A stretch of DNA of 56,699 nt, filler included, from Catajapyx aquilonaris (taxonomy: Eukaryota): the NCBI GenBank assembly GCA_000934665.2. It is 2 parts of 2 records of this genome, joined end to end, with 100 filler letters (N's around TTAATTAATTAA, not from the genome) between each part and the next. Parts side by side here need not be neighbours in the genome. Positions count along the whole stretch, not along the records: positions 1 to 28,305 come from JYFJ02004935.1; positions 28,406 to 56,699 come from JYFJ02004936.1. One strand, given 5' to 3'. Position 1 is the first letter of the stretch, and each line of letters starts with the position of its first letter. The notes under the pieces were generated by a model that was not told the origin of the DNA, did not search any database, and was given only the letters and a program-made list of their open reading frames with translations. This document shows, one piece after another, positions 23,407 through 35,859 of this stretch. Both the position numbers and the translations under genes were made by a program.

Positions 23407-26400
23407 TTATGTAAAACCTACCTCTGGGAAACTGGGAGAGAAATCCTGACTATCACTCCCCATCACCCACCCCACCCTGCTGCCCCCGTTTCCCTTTCCA
23501 AATGCATTAATTGAATTCTCCAAAGCGTACAGCATGCCAGGCATGAATTCCGGCACATAAGATTTTGCTCTCTGGAAGAAGCACTCAACCAGCTTTTTGC
23601 CCATTTAAACTTACTGGGTTTGCTCACTGTTAGTTCGTTGTAGGTGCGAATAATGTAGACCTATTCATATTGCGGCAATTTATGACAAAATCTGCTGAAT
23701 AATGCTCTTACCTAATGATTTATTAGGGTTATCAATGACAATATAATTATTATGGATGAAAATAATATAGAGGTGTAGGAAGAAATTACACATTTTATAT
23801 TACTGTCAATTAAATTCAGGACTGTGAGTCTTGGCGTTTGCATCTCCCAGAACACTTTCTGGATTAAACGAAATTATTGCCAGGACGCGAATTTCGTATC
23901 GTGACTGGTTCAGAAAACCCCCATAAAGCGTTGTGGCAGTTTTGCCATGTTTCCCTACGCCAGCGCGATGTAGGTGATGGGGTGATGGACGGAGTTGCCC
24001 TTTGTATTGGTGTTGCTGTATGGTTTTTCCTTACCGCACCTTTGTTGTGGCCGTGCCAAGCACGGCACGTCGAATCGCGTGATTTTTTTTAGTTCATTTT
24101 GCGAGTGACAGCGAGCTGAGCTCTTATTGTGAGTTATGAATCCGCCAATGCATAGTCCGTGTTGCCGTCTCGTGCATGATACGTGAATTTGGAGTATACC
24201 AAACTGCTTGTCATGACTTTTACATAATTTCTCAGGTCAAAAATGACAAAAATGATTGCGATAATATTGCGATAATAATCAGGCATGAAAGAATCCAACT
24301 TGGTGGATACCATTTTGTGGCTGGTTTTTGGATAACTTTTTACCCAGACTTTCATGGGGCCTCCAGCAATGGTTTTTGAGCGAACCGTTTATATAGTAAT
24401 GCATAGAAAAAAAATACCACATTATGTGCCACAAAATATATTGCTCACGTACAAAAATTAAGAAAAAAATACACTATTATATTTCCACTGTTGTCGTGAT
24501 TCTCAAGTGTCTCATGAAATATGGCTAAAGTCATGATTTGTGGTTTATGTTGGTCCCAGAATTTTTATACATCATGCATGTAATGTCCTCCTACCTTTAC
24601 CTTTCAGTGAGTGGCCCAAAAATTTGGAAATAGTTATTGCCTGCCAATTACATTGTGAATCAGTGGGTATGGACTTAAAACTTCCAATGTATGCCACTTA
24701 TTAATCTAAATCATTGACGAAAATGTATCAGTCCTAAAGAAAAATGAGAGCCTTGTCTCACCTTGTTGAACAGTCCCAGTGTCAGCCATGCATCCAACCT
24801 CTCTGCCACCAAAAGGGTAAATAATACCTACTCCTGAAAAGAAAATGCTTTTTCAATCTCGTTATTGTTGCTCTCACCACATGTTCACCCTATAAACATG
24901 CTAATCCAAAAACACTTGGCCTCTACAATTATTGATAAATTGGATATTCAATATTCCTTTATTTACCCAAGACTTTTCCTCCATTGACACTTCACTATTA
25001 CAGGGCTCAAAGCTATTCTGATCAAACAGATTCCAAGTCTCTCTGTTCTCCAGCACACTTGCTTTTTCCAGGAGTGCTTTGCCCCTTCTTATCCGGGAAG
25101 TCTCCTCCCCCCTTGTCCCTCTCCTCATCATGGTGCGAGTCAAATATTGTGGTGACACAAATATCAATCCGAACCAACAATGTGACACTTGTCAATGTTT
25201 CTTCTGAGTTAACTCTCTATGATGAAAAGAAGAATGTGACTGTAGTGCATGCTGGTATTTGTATTCCAATGACACAAAACATGGCATTATAAAGTGAATG
25301 TTGGGCATGAGCTGTAGGAAAAAACATAATGCAAACCGGCTTGTATTTACTGCAAATAATAAGGCACCAAAGAGTCTAAGTATGCTAATTTAACTTGACC
25401 CTGATCTCCTGAAAAGTTGGATCTGATTGGAATGCATTCTTCTTCCACACTCAGTTGCCCAAAAGTGTCAGACTACATATCACTAAAATGCTGATGGAAA
25501 ATTCGGAACAAGTGCTTCAGCCTAATGTTTTAATAACTTGTTCTAGATTTACCATCGATCATGCAACTGATGCTAAATTGTGGAAGTCAGATAAGCTAAT
25601 GAGATGACTGATTCAAACTGTGGCAGTGTAGAACTCTTACACTACTGTCTACATTAATTTGATTCCCACCCTCAGAAGTTAAAATAACAACAAATACAGT
25701 ACCAAAATAGAATATTTTAGTTCATAATGTCCAAGTGTACTGAAATAATGAGATTTTCTTACTCAAGAAAATAAACAACTTTCTAGTAGGAGTCCACATT
25801 TCATCAAGCGTATCTATTCTTCTTTCAATATCCTTTGATCTGATGAATATAATATTAATATTAGGATAATCCTGATGGCTTCTCAAACTCTACATTTTAT
25901 ACCTTCAAGCTCCCTCACTAAAAGTCACCGATTTTTTTTCAAAATTTACACTTTTCTTTTTGCCTTTCCAATGCACTTATCTAGGACAGCTCTTACTTCC
26001 TTTCTTGCTTCAACTACGACATTTGCTTTTTCTTGCATTCCACTACTGTAAGTGCCATTTTAACAGCCGGGAAACAATAGTGACAGTGATGGCATCCAAG
26101 CTGAAACTTGACTTACATGACAAAATTAAATGGCCATAAGAATGTTCAGACAAATATTACCTCAAAATTATTTTTATTATTTGAAGAGTACTACTGTGTA
26201 GTGAGGTAATTAATATCAACTTTTAGATTTTGGTACTACAGCTTTAAAAAATTAAAATGTCACAAAATTGTGACTTACACGACACACAAAGATGGTATTT
26301 AAACTTGCTCATTTTTATGCTGAATCAGTCGTTGCAATGAAAAGATAAATATATGGTACATGCATCCAGTTCTTATGTGATAGAAATCACAGTTTACTGT

Positions 26401-28299
26401 ATGAAAAGCACTAGCTTACTTGTTGAACTATGAAGATTTTTATGGAGCCTCAGAACAAAGAAATTTGCACACCCGCCATATTGGAAATAAACAGTGTTAA
26501 CATGAACGTATGTGACAATTTTCTAATATCTGTTCAAAAATTTAAAATACACAATCTCATCTTTTAGAAAAGATCATGATATCATAGAAATTATTTATTT
26601 TAAAATCTGACCCTGATGTATACTTTTGCATGGAATTAGCCTCCTAGAAATAAGATGCATTGAGTTGGACGACCATTAAGGTGCCATGTCTTAGACCACC
26701 TTGGGCCTACCCTTGGGCTTGACCATGAAGAGACTTTTGGGGGACCTTGCAGATATGTGGAAATGGTGGATTGTATTTCTTAATGTTTCTTGTGGGCCCT
26801 GGTATGAGTCAATTTCATTGGCCCTGGCAACTTCTTCGAAGGCAGTCGCATGCACTTCATCTTTGTCTGGTGGTGCTGCAGACTCTCCCGTGGGGAGGAA
26901 GTTAAATGTAGCCTTGATTCATGGTTAATCAAGGTTACAACCTAACTTCCTTCCCATCGTAAGATATTATGCACATTGGTTGGCTTCCCTGTATGTCCAC
27001 CACCATAAATTAATCTAAGTCCACCGCTTTGATATCTATAGCTCCATCCCTTTCTTCAGCCGGGAGCCAATCTCTGGCAAATCAGACATTGTCTCAGGTT
27101 CAAATGGCTGTGCATGGCCTTTCTTGATCAGCATGTCTACCAAACTCACGTCTCTCATGTCACACAACTTGATCAAGGTTTTTCTCCCTCTCTCTGAAAA
27201 TGCCATGTTGATTAACATTGCTGCATGACATGATAGATCAAACCACAGCAATTTCTTCAATTGCAACATTCTACATTCATTAATATTAGTTATTCACATC
27301 AATTAATATTAATGGTGCATAATGGGAATAGGTTTTCCTAGTCGAAACCATAGGTTCAAAAATGCCACAAAGCAGTTCATTAGGCAAAGAATATATCTAA
27401 GTAAATGTCCGCACTCACATGACTTTTCTCAAGAAACAGTGACAAGGAAATGGATAAGTTATGCAAAAAGCACATTTAAAATTATGACAGAGTGAAACTT
27501 AATTACATCAATTGAACATATCATATTATCATCATGGTAGTATCTTTTCAACAAATAAAATTGACTTTAATACTACCGGTATTCAAGAAAAATATTTTCC
27601 TTTATTACAGGAGGGATCAGAAAAGAAAGAAAAAAAAAACCTTTTTTGTTATTGAAGCGAAAAAAATGAATGCACATTCAAGTCTATCTTGAGCAGATGC
27701 AGATGGAAGGATCACCACTTTGGCATTCTTTTTCTATTTCTTGTAACATCAACAGTCTTAGAAATTTGCACGGATAGCTGTCTGGTTGGGTGTAAACTAG
27801 GTTACTCACTTCATGGTTTGAGGGGGTCATGTTATCTTAATTGTACAGTATTAATGACAGTTAAATGTTATTCCAAAGAAAAATGATTCCATCCTACAGG
27901 AATAAGGCCCTGCTGCAAATTGCATTAAGGTCATTTGGGCCAGAAAACATTACCTTATGGCAATGTACAGCTGCCAAATGGCTCATACTGCTTTGTGTAA
28001 ATTAGCCACTGCTTTCACATATCAGTTTTGTGGCATGCAAATTCATGCACACCATGAATCTAAGCTCATACTCACAATTCCAAGATGAGTTACCCGAAGA
28101 CCAGGCTCACTAATAACCCTCTGCACTGAATTCTTGGTTTCCTTTTCCCAGCCTTTCTCCTCGTATACAGGCAGCATGCCTCCAAGGCTGCAATGAGTAT
28201 AGCCAATGGAGGTAGCTCCTGACACTCAGCAGGCAACTTAACCACATCTTCAAGAGGTACTGGAGTGCTGTAGCCATATTCCAGCAGAAATGATGTACT
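23407..28299 (-). pseudogene. Degenerate Tudor-domain gene (best exons ~28299-28076 and ~27193-27036; further disrupted fragments down to ~23400); 5' end lost in the gap
   Basis: FLLEYGYSTPVPLEDVVKLPAECQELPPLAI / HCSLGGMLP...GW is an extended-Tudor signature but needs a frameshift at ~28196. The next exon LIKLCDMRDVSLVDMLIKKGHA matches the SN-like end. Stops and frameshifts follow downstream. Confidence 0.6.
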
Positions 28300-28305
28300 C
28301 TAGGT

Positions 28306-28405
28306 NNNNNNNNNNNNNNNNNNNNNNNNNNNNNNNNNNNNNNNNNNNNTTAATTAATTAANNNNNNNNNNNNNNNNNNNNNNNNNNNNNNNNNNNNNNN
28401 NNNNN
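28306..28405. other. Artificial assembly spacer
   Basis: Exactly 44 N + TTAATTAATTAA (stops in all six frames) + 44 N = 100 nt. Confidence 0.95.
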
Positions 28406-31293
28406 TACATCAGACCCTTGACGACCACCCCAGTTCCCCAGAAGCAATATATCAAGGAATTCCCTGTTTTAACCTCCTATCAGGCCAACCGCCACCCATC
28501 ATCCTGCCAATAAAGTGAATAGGGAATTAGCGGTTGGCACGTTGCGAGCCCCATGCCCTGCTGGGCTCTTTAGTAGTAGCAGCCTCCGCCCAATCCAGGA
28601 AATGGCGCCCTAATCAGCGGCTAGGATCTAATGAAATTAAGGCCAGGGCAGTTTTTCCATCGTGCTTGCTTGACAAAGCGCGAAGCAGGCTGGCGTGAGA
28701 ATATATATAAAAAAATACTGAAGAAGCTTCTGCTGATCGAGTGTTACGGCCACCAGAACAACCCGGACCTCATGGCCTCAGGCCACACGTACACGTCCAA
28801 AAACCCACCCTGATCTCTCCACACACACTTGACAGTACAACGCCGCCGTTCGCACCTCGTTTCGGATTTTTCATGACAGCACCTTGATTGCGCTTCTGAA
28901 AAGGTGATAAGGAGATGCCTAATTCCGATGGGAGCCACCAGCCACGAATTGGTGGAAATTGTGGCATGACCGGAGGTTTCATAAATCTAGGCAAGGCGTG
29001 AAAGCATGGTCAGAAGGGGGCAGTCATCCACTCCTTCTGGCTTGTATCTCGTGGTTTGGTGCTGATTGCTCCAACAAGGCGGCGGAGGCGTCGTGACGGG
29101 GATTTTTTTTTTTACCTTTAACCTCCAGCGCCGCTTCGTAGGGGGCGATGAAGGGTGAAAAAGGACGATGGGAAATAACGCCCATTTCTAACCTTTGATG
29201 TTTAGGGTTAATACAGGTGAAGTACCAAAGTACCGTGTCTCAACGTACTTCTTGTCACAGTCACACCCAAAAATTGCATGGTCACAACTCCATAAAACCT
29301 TCTAACCTAATATTGGCCGAATAATGCATCACATCCTAAGCCGACCACGATTTTGCACAGTTAATTAATATAAAAAAGATATAACGCCTGTAGCAGAACC
29401 TTCCGTTCCTAATGGCTGGTTTATAGCTCTTCTAACAAATGGTATTCGGGCAAAGTACCTCGATTTATAAAGCGCAGATGTTCATTACTCGGTTCGTTGC
29501 CGCGGATCGGCAGATTCGATACACTTCTGATTCGAAGTAAGTATCCAGGAAGTGACTGGCACCATTCAGCGTAACATTTGGGTTCAGGGAACGATGTACA
29601 TGTAAAAAAAAAGTTACGATACAGGCTGTAAAAAGTGTGTAAACATAATGATCAAAATTTAATTTCCTCTCTGTCATGTTTGGTTGCGTCAAACTTGTTT
29701 CACGGTTCTCGAGTAGCAAACCAGTTCGAACTCTATCCGATTCAATTACTTCAATTATTTCAAATTTTCGAGTTCTGACCTCACCCTGTATGTGCGTTCT
29801 ATAACCCAAAACTTGGCTGGCTCCTAATCCCCTTGTTTCTGGACGAGCCTAATTAAGCTTAAGCCTGCGCGTTTCTCAAGTGCTCGTAAATCATAACGCG
29901 AGCTGTTATTTGTACTAGTCATTACGAAGTGTTGAAGAGAGTCCTTTCCCACGGACCTAGAGGACCTCAAAGTGTGGCCCAGTCAGGTCACATAAGGCGT
30001 ACTTATATACCAAGGGGTGTGGTGGTGAAGTTGGCTCGTTTGTCAGATTAATTACAGGTAGATGAGCAGGTGCAAAGTGCAATCCAATTATTTACAGGCT
30101 GCTGGTAAAATCCAGCCTCCACTAAGGAAGAACCTTTGATAGGCGCTCTGATAATATTAAGCGAGTCTGTCCTTTAATTATATAGTGTGATATATTTTAT
30201 GTTAAAGGGCGGAGACTTGGATATGTCTTCATTTAGAGTGAGATTTACCTACATGTCAATAGAAGTCCGGTTCTAAACACTTTGGCCGTTATTGAGATAT
30301 CGGGGGGCTGTTGGCTGGGCATCCACACCCACTTCATGCATGGTTACATATTTTCCTGCCCTATAAGCGCCGTTTTTAGACCATAGAGATTAATAATTCT
30401 GGCCGGTTACCGGTTGAGTTACGGCGAGAACCCCAATTAACCAGTGGTCCTAACAATGTTGCATGTGTCAGACCGGCCCAGATAAGCGTTTCTTATGAGT
30501 ATTAATATCTTGGATCAATGTGTTGTTGACACCTGCTGGACTGACACAGGTTTATAGCAGTTACGTTAGCCTCAATTGAGGTTGCCATTGCGCCTCGTAG
30601 CCTCCAAGCAGGTCCCACCGACACTCCCGCCCTCTATGGGGATAGAGTTAGTTAAAAGCATTATATCAGGAAAAAGCTTGAGTGCAGGATGACCTCAAGA
30701 ATCCATCCACCTTCTGTCCATCAGCGAGTGTTTCACCCCCTGGCCCACCCTCCCATTAGGAAAAACAGGGAAAGCATTTCTTCCTCACCTGTTAATTGTC
30801 TCTACACCATCTACAGTGTCATCTAGTGTTCATGGAATGGAGGGTAGCCTGCGTGACTGGAATGAAAGGTTCCATTGGGGGGGACTGCCACTTTTCGAAG
30901 GGCCCTTGATAAGACAAGGACTGCTGCGTCCTCCAGTAGCTGCTGTGCAATCATTGCCCGAAGACTATTGTTGTCTGATGATCTGATGATGGAATGCCCC
31001 CAGAAAAATATGCCCTTGCGTTGGGCTTGATGGACATTGAGTTATTTCGAGGGGTGGTTAATAGAGGCTCTGGAAACACGAAAGGAACTAAAATGCGGAT
31101 ACTGGTGTGTACTCTAGTCGTTTTATTTTTCTGGCCACATAAAAGCAGCTCACTGATAAGTACAGCAATTGTTGCATAAAAGCAAAAGGATATGCCTACA
31201 TCTCATTTGTAACAAATAATATCCGGAGACTGATTATTCACAACACTTTGAGTGAGAGAAAAAAAAGAAACACTTAAGTAGACACGATTCGAC

Positions 31294-31299
31294 TTTAAT
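31294..31299 (-). terminator. Likely polyadenylation signal (ATTAAA) of aristaless
   Basis: Minus strand ATTAAA followed ~20 nt later by a GT/T-rich tract (GTGTTTCTTTTTTTTCTC); gives a ~830-nt 3'UTR. Confidence 0.55.
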
Positions 31300-32100
31300 A
31301 CTGGATATTTTGCCGGATTAACGTTAAAATTTTAGTTACACTATTACATCATGCAGAAGTTTAGACTATGTCCTGCAAGGGTACTGTACAATATACGTAT
31401 CTGGTTTTTACATTATCCTCACTGAAATTCCAGGACGGAAATAGTTCCAGTGTATGTTCTGAGTAGACAGGACGGAATGAGTTATTGTGTAGGAACTGTT
31501 GAGGAAATATTGGCCACACGACAGAATGGACAACCCACAGGCACCAATAAGGCACCGTATATATTCTAGTGAACGATTTAAAAATTGATATGTAATTCCA
31601 TCACTTCACGTGCACTATAGAAAAAAAAGAAATTGTCGTCGATGTAACACCGAATGCACGTTGTGAAATACGGACTCTGATTGGGCCGGCTTCATGATGG
31701 ACCATAAGTACAGAACGCGTGAAAGTCATGCAGACCCCAAATTTAGGAGGTGACACAAAATTTAGCTCATTTCCTGATTTGATCATCGGAGAGTACACTT
31801 CTGACACCATTGTAGCACCTCAATGGATCAACCAATTGTTCTGGATTTACCATCGATCAAACCGGCCCCGAGTACAATGAACAATGACATACAGGAGGTA
31901 TGTAAAATCCCAGTTTCAACTCAACTTCTAACGAAAATATACTATGTACATGTCGTAAAGCCTGGTTTAAGCCATCAGCTGTTGTTGGACGGACAAGTGG
32001 CTGCGCTGCTCCTTGTGCACGCACAGTCACGCACTTGTTTTAAGCGTATCGGTCGGGCAAACCATGAGTATTTGTGCTGTCCCAGACGCGGAAACCTTCC

Positions 32101-32766
32101 TTAGCTGATCATGTCTCCATTCTTCCTGAGCATCTCCAGGCGAATCTCATGTTCCCTCGCCTTGAGCCTGAGAGCCGCGATGCTTGAGGTCCTTCTGTCG
32201 AACTCGACTGTGGAGATGGGCGGCCCCTGGGTGCTGCCACTGCTGCTTGGGGGCGATACGCTTCCGGTGGTTGGCGGTGGAGGAAGATGGCCGAAGAGGG
32301 CTGCCTGGTACTCCGAGGTGGCCACGGCGGCTGCGGCTGCTGCGGCCGCATCTAACTTGGGTCGATGGGCGGACAGGTTGGCCAGAAGGCTTTGGAATGA
32401 TGCTGCGGGCGGGTAGGGCAGCCCCATCATGTGGGCGGCCGCGGGTGGGAGCAGGGGCGCCCGGTAGTGGTGGCCCAAGGGCGGAGGGAGGTAGTTGGCC
32501 GGGAAGAGAGCGGCCGAGGGCGGGAGGTACGCCGGCGGAAGGCGAGGCGCTGCGGCAGCTGCCGCGGCCAGAAACCCACCATCGAACGCCTTCCTCGGGA
32601 AGGACAGGGGCGAAAAGGGGCCGACCATGGGCGAGCTGTTGGACCCTCCCGAGCTGGGGCTCAGTGGGCTCATGGTCAGGCTGGGGCTGTACGGGCTGTA
32701 CGGATGGGCCTGAGGACCCACTTTCTCCTGCTTGCGCCACTTGGCCCTCCGGTTTTGGAACCACAC
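32101..32766 (-). CDS. al: aristaless last coding exon (homeodomain helix 3, polyalanine tracts, OAR domain)
   Basis: TTTCAG|VWFQNRRAKWRKQEKVGPQAHPYSPY...SFQSLLANL...RRTSSIAALRLKAREHEIRLEMLRKNG, matching insect Aristaless motifs. Confidence 0.96.
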   Translation of the reverse strand: MWFQNRRAKWRKQEKVGPQAHPYSPYSPSLTMSPLSPSSGGSNSSPMVGPFSPLSFPRKAFDGGFLAAAAAAAPRLPPAYLPPSAALFPANYLPPPLGHHYRAPLLPPAAAHMMGLPYPPAASFQSLLANLSAHRPKLDAAAAAAAAVATSEYQAALFGHLPPPPTTGSVSPPSSSGSTQGPPISTVEFDRRTSSIAALRLKAREHEIRLEMLRKNGDMIS

Positions 32767-33740
32767 CTGAAACGACAACGACAGGACCATGTACTCACTT
32801 AGGTCCGGTACTAAATGCAAAGCGTACTTAAAAGTAGCAGCGACTAATGAAATAGCAGCGAGTAGAAAAATAACTATTGCGCTATACTTGTCCAGCCCTT
32901 GTCGTGTAGCATCGACAGGAAGTCCCAAATTTGGTGGACACGTGGCAAATTGCGGAAATGACTGCAGCTGCTGTGGCAGGAATGATTGAAGATGGGCCTG
33001 CGAACTTTGCACGTAGACAACGTGAAATTTGAAGTCACATCGCCAACAGTTAATAGCAGTCTGTTCCTTCTCTTTTGTTGTTGTTTTTGTTTTCCTTCCT
33101 CCATGTCTGGAGATCTTCTAACAAGGCTCAATTTGTCATTTCTAATGAATAACAGCAAATTACATCTAGCTGGTCTGTCATTTCCTTCCGGACAAGACCT
33201 CAAGAAAACAAAGATGGGTATCTGAAGGGCACAAGACAAATTTTCCGCATCTGGAAAATTGGTTGAGTGGGTTGGAAGGGCAAAGCTGACCTCCCTCCCT
33301 ACCTCCTTTTTCCCCCCATGTCACAAACCCTTGCACGCATGGCGGGGGTGGTCGAAATTAATCAGGACACGCAAAGCAAAAGAAACATTTTAAAAGGCAT
33401 GCTTGGTTCTATTGAAAAGTGGACAATGGGCAGTGCGATATGCACGAAATGTGGGGGCCTGTTCCTGTCCCTGCCTTAGTATTGCGAGCTTACTTCTCTT
33501 GACAGATCTCAAGGTGAAAGACACATATGGCATGCAGATTGGATTGACTTATATGGCGACATGATTAATGGAGCCTACACAGGCAGTACAAACTCGGCCC
33601 AATTAGAATGCCGGACGTTGCGGTTCATAACAAAATGTCACGGTTTGTATCGCTAACACGTCACACTGTGTCCTGATAATGAGTCGTTTCCACCTAATCG
33701 CATTTACCAGTTTCCACATTCGAAAAGTTGCCGGGGGTTA

Positions 33741-34170
33741 CAGGGTGCTCCAAGATCGTGGGTCGTTTTTTTTGTAACTGATATCTCCCGAAGTGGTTAT
33801 TAGCTTGCTGTGCCCCCATTACGCCCAGGGGGTCGAATGTAGCAGTTGCTATACAGGGTGTTACAAGCTCGTGGGTAGTTTTTTATAACTGATATCACTC
33901 GATAGTAGTTATTTTTGTAGTTTGTTGTGCTTCCAGGGGGGTCGGATATAGCAATTTCTAGAGAATGGGGCACCTGGTTATGGGCACAACAGGCTACAAA
34001 AAATAACTGCTATCAGGTGATATCAGCCATTTAAAAAACGACCCACTAATTTGGAACACCCTGTAGAATGGGGCACCTGGTTAGGGGAAAAAGCTACAAA
34101 AAAAACTACAAAGAACTACTTCGGGTGATATCAGTTATAAAAAAGCGACATACGACCTCGGAACACCTTG
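33741..34170. mobile_element. Tc1/mariner-type MITE with doubled arms
   Basis: TA|CAGGGTG left ends at 33741 and 33854; CACC(C/T)TG|TA right ends at 34063 and 34170; arms are inverted homologues (AACTGATATCAC/GTGATATCAG). Confidence 0.75.
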
Positions 34171-34176
34171 TATATT

Positions 34177-34464
34177 ATGTTAAATCGGCGCTCCATTGGG
34201 TGGGGGGGGGGGAGGTAGAATACCANAGGTAGAATACCACCATTTTACCACTCAATTTTTTCTGAAATTTTCTTCAGAAATGGATGGGGCCAAAGATAGG
34301 AGATCGAAAGGAAGGAAGCGGCTGTTGGCCTATTGTACGGAAGCGACCCCGGAATTATCCTGGGAGGGGCTGGGGGTCAGTATCGCCGGCCCCCGAAATC
34401 GAACCTAGGACCTTCCGATTAGCAGTCGGACTCCTTAACCACTGCACCAACCTTCTTCGGTTTA
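34177..34464 (-). mobile_element. tRNA-derived SINE, third family
   Basis: Minus strand TGGTGCAGTGGTTAAG (A box) ... GGTTCGATTTC (B box); 15-bp TSD AACACCTTGTATATT at 34162-34176 and 34465-34479. Confidence 0.8.
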
Positions 34465-35859
34465 AACACCTTGTATATTGTGACTATTTATAAAATAAAT
34501 TGTAAAAAATAAAATTACTTTCAAGCATTTTATTAGTTAAATTTTATCAGTTAGTATTAACTGATTAAGGGTATAAGCACTAGCAATATTTCCGGGGTGT
34601 GACCCCATACCATGGACCAGATTGACCTCATCTGAACCAGCCAGTAAACAGCCTAGTCATCTATCCTCCCAAAGAGTGATGAGTCACGTCCGTTTCATTA
34701 AGAAATTAATAGATATAGTCAGTTAATAAGGTTAAACAGCCGGTTAGAGAGCATTAACCTGCCCTGCGCCCTCTAGATATCGCGCGATACTGGAAGCGAT
34801 ATTCCATCCGTTCCAAACGGAAAAAAAAACCGGTCACGATTTCTGGTTTTTGGGTCCCCCCTCTCGACACCGGATTCATCCCTGTGCATGGATTCTGCTT
34901 TTATCTTTTGGACCACCACCGCCCATTATCTCCACGAGTTGGCCATTTTCTACTTTTCACCCAACCCCGCCCGTTGACCTTCCCCTTGATTGCCCTCCTC
35001 TATATCCTTTAAAAGAAAAAAAAAAGTTGGACACGGCCGGACGAAGATGGGACAATTCGGCCACCCACATTCATAAAGACCCTAGAGTGGACATTAGGAC
35101 GGTCGTTGGTCCCTGAGCACTCCTCTCTTTTTACAGATAAGAAGTGACACTTTACCTGCGCGTGTTTAAAGCTTTCAGCGTTACTCGTGTCAGCTGCGTA
35201 GGTATATATGTCACCCCTTATCTACCTGGGGGTCGTATGCCATTTAATTGCTGCTCACCCTGTCATTGTCGCTTATAAGTGCGTGCGGTGTAGATAACTG
35301 GATATTAACGAGTTTGGACTGGCCAGGTTTAATTATCCGAAGAGGACGATTAGTCTTTTACCCAACAAGAGCGATTACTGTAATGGCGAAGCTGCAATCA
35401 CATGTTATTACCCGCTTCTTTTCTTTTTCCGTGATTGAAATCAAGAAGAGTTGTCAGTGATTGAGGAAGTTCGAAGGGGGGGAAATAAAGGTGTAACCGC
35501 GTGATCAACGTTGGGATGAGCAATCAGGCGTCTCCAGGATATGGGAGGAGTTGCCAGTCTTTCACGGTCAGCGGTGTGACTGCAGGCGTTTGCCCCGGGG
35601 CGCAGTTGGCCCGTGGCGAGGTCTGGTAATTGACCGGTACCGGTACGGTTTCCTCATCTTATTCAAATCGACAGGCCCAAAGGCGATGGTAGCGATTATT
35701 TGTAACGGAATAGCTGCTATGCTGTCGGCAAGTTCTTGCATCCAAATTTAAAAATTAATAATATCATAAATAACGAATAAGTAATAAATAGCAGATAAAT
35801 ACTAACACCCGAACAGTAATAATAAATACATAAAATAAATAACCAATACCATAATAATT

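Noticed and set aside
21441..28299. Single Tudor-M16 fusion gene
   Set aside because: An in-frame stop lies shortly upstream of ATG 21441, the Tudor exons are disrupted while the M16 exons are intact, and no compatible linking exon was found
28406..29100. Possible LTR/PBS (TGGCGCCC at ~28603) and gag start
   Set aside because: No TG...CA boundary next to the PBS and no recognisable gag/pol motif; too weak to call
32109..32831. Several long overlapping and antisense ORFs
   Set aside because: Shadow frames of a GC-rich coding exon
32767..33012. N-terminal 82 aa of the 303-aa ORF, including a hydrophobic stretch
   Set aside because: Intron read-through; the canonical acceptor at 32767-32768 joins the 46-nt exon to complete the homeodomain
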